From NCBI GenBank assembly GCA_050575255.1, contig JBNZDD010013665.1, forward strand, positions 1,882,016 to 1,946,015: a stretch of 64,000 nt of DNA, given 5' to 3'. Source of the DNA: Harriotta raleighana (Eukaryota). The notes below the pieces were generated by a model. That model saw only the letters and a program-made list of their open reading frames with translations, was not told the origin of the DNA and searched no databases. The position numbers and the translations under genes were made by a program. The stretch's first letter is position 1, and each line of letters opens with the position of its first letter. Below are positions 63,430 to 64,000 of the stretch, one piece after another.

Positions 63430-63512
63430 ATCGATTGGGGAGGGGGCCATCGATTGGGGAGGGGGCCATCGATTGGGGAGGGGGCCATCGATTGGGGAGG
63501 GGGCCATCGATT
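63430..63512. repeat. 19-bp tandem repeat (ATCGATTGGGGAGGGGGCC) x ~4.4
   Basis: Identical units seen directly. Confidence 0.9.
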
Positions 63513-64000
63513 TATCTAGACACATCTGATTCGCTGAGTATGCACTACTTTTTCATGGTGACATCTAGACTGCCATGTTTATATAATGTATTCAAACATT
63601 TCTATGTGTATATTCGGCATATATATATATGTGTGTGTGCACACCTGCTGTGAAAGTACTGTAACTGATGTTTGCCTCTGGGCTCCCCACTCCCGCCCTC
63701 AATTACACTGAAATTGTGGGTTTACTAGTCGGTGTGACTTGTGATTTCACCTTGTATTGGGATCGGGGGAGGAAATGCTGGGGTTGTGCACGATCACATC
63801 GCTCTCAACATCAAACATCGTGTGCAACTCTATTAATGTGACTGATTCTCATGGGGATGGCAATTACGATAACGCAGCCCTCCCCATCCCAGCACTCAAT
63901 TGGGGTGTCAGCATCACTTTGAGCTCAGAGACCCCAAAGTAGTGGGTGAGTTGTGCGTGGGGGGAGGGTGTTGTGGGGGGCTTTGAGCTGCAACCTTCTG

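Noticed and set aside
63430-63512. CRISPR-like short repeats
   Set aside because: No spacers; eukaryotic minisatellite.

Overview
Vertebrate genomic DNA, very probably a cartilaginous fish (the dominant tRNA/Deu-type SINE with (ATT)n tails, CR1/L2 fragments and Penelope-type palindromes suggest a holocephalan such as elephant shark; this is inference). All recognisable genes are on the minus strand. (1) The 5' part of a CRYBG/AIM1-family gene, probably CRYBG2/AIM1L: exons 6649-7526, 3309-5031, 2234-2290 and 507-554, with candidate 5' exons near 17.4 and 19.1 kb; the crystallin-domain exons lie left of the window. (2) Two tandem intronless claudin-3/4-type genes (28184-28852, 31116-31760). (3) The 3' four exons of a PRDM1/Blimp-1-family gene (62206-62458, 54861-55909, 54420-54548, 53332-53880), which synteny suggests is the ZNF683/Hobit (fish prdm1b) orthologue, still carrying PR/SET sequence and all five zinc fingers. 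Most notable: an apparent internal promoter plus a 3-codon exon (ATG GAG GAG|GT, MEE) 240 bp upstream of the PR exon, mirroring the MEK exon 1-beta of human PRDM1-beta. Also seen: seed sites for PRDM1-regulating miRNAs in the inferred 3'UTR, Penelope-derived palindromes with minimal hammerhead-ribozyme motifs, a minisatellite-related 57-bp in-frame exon and hAT MITEs with TSDs. Homologies are from recall of the families, not from a database search.
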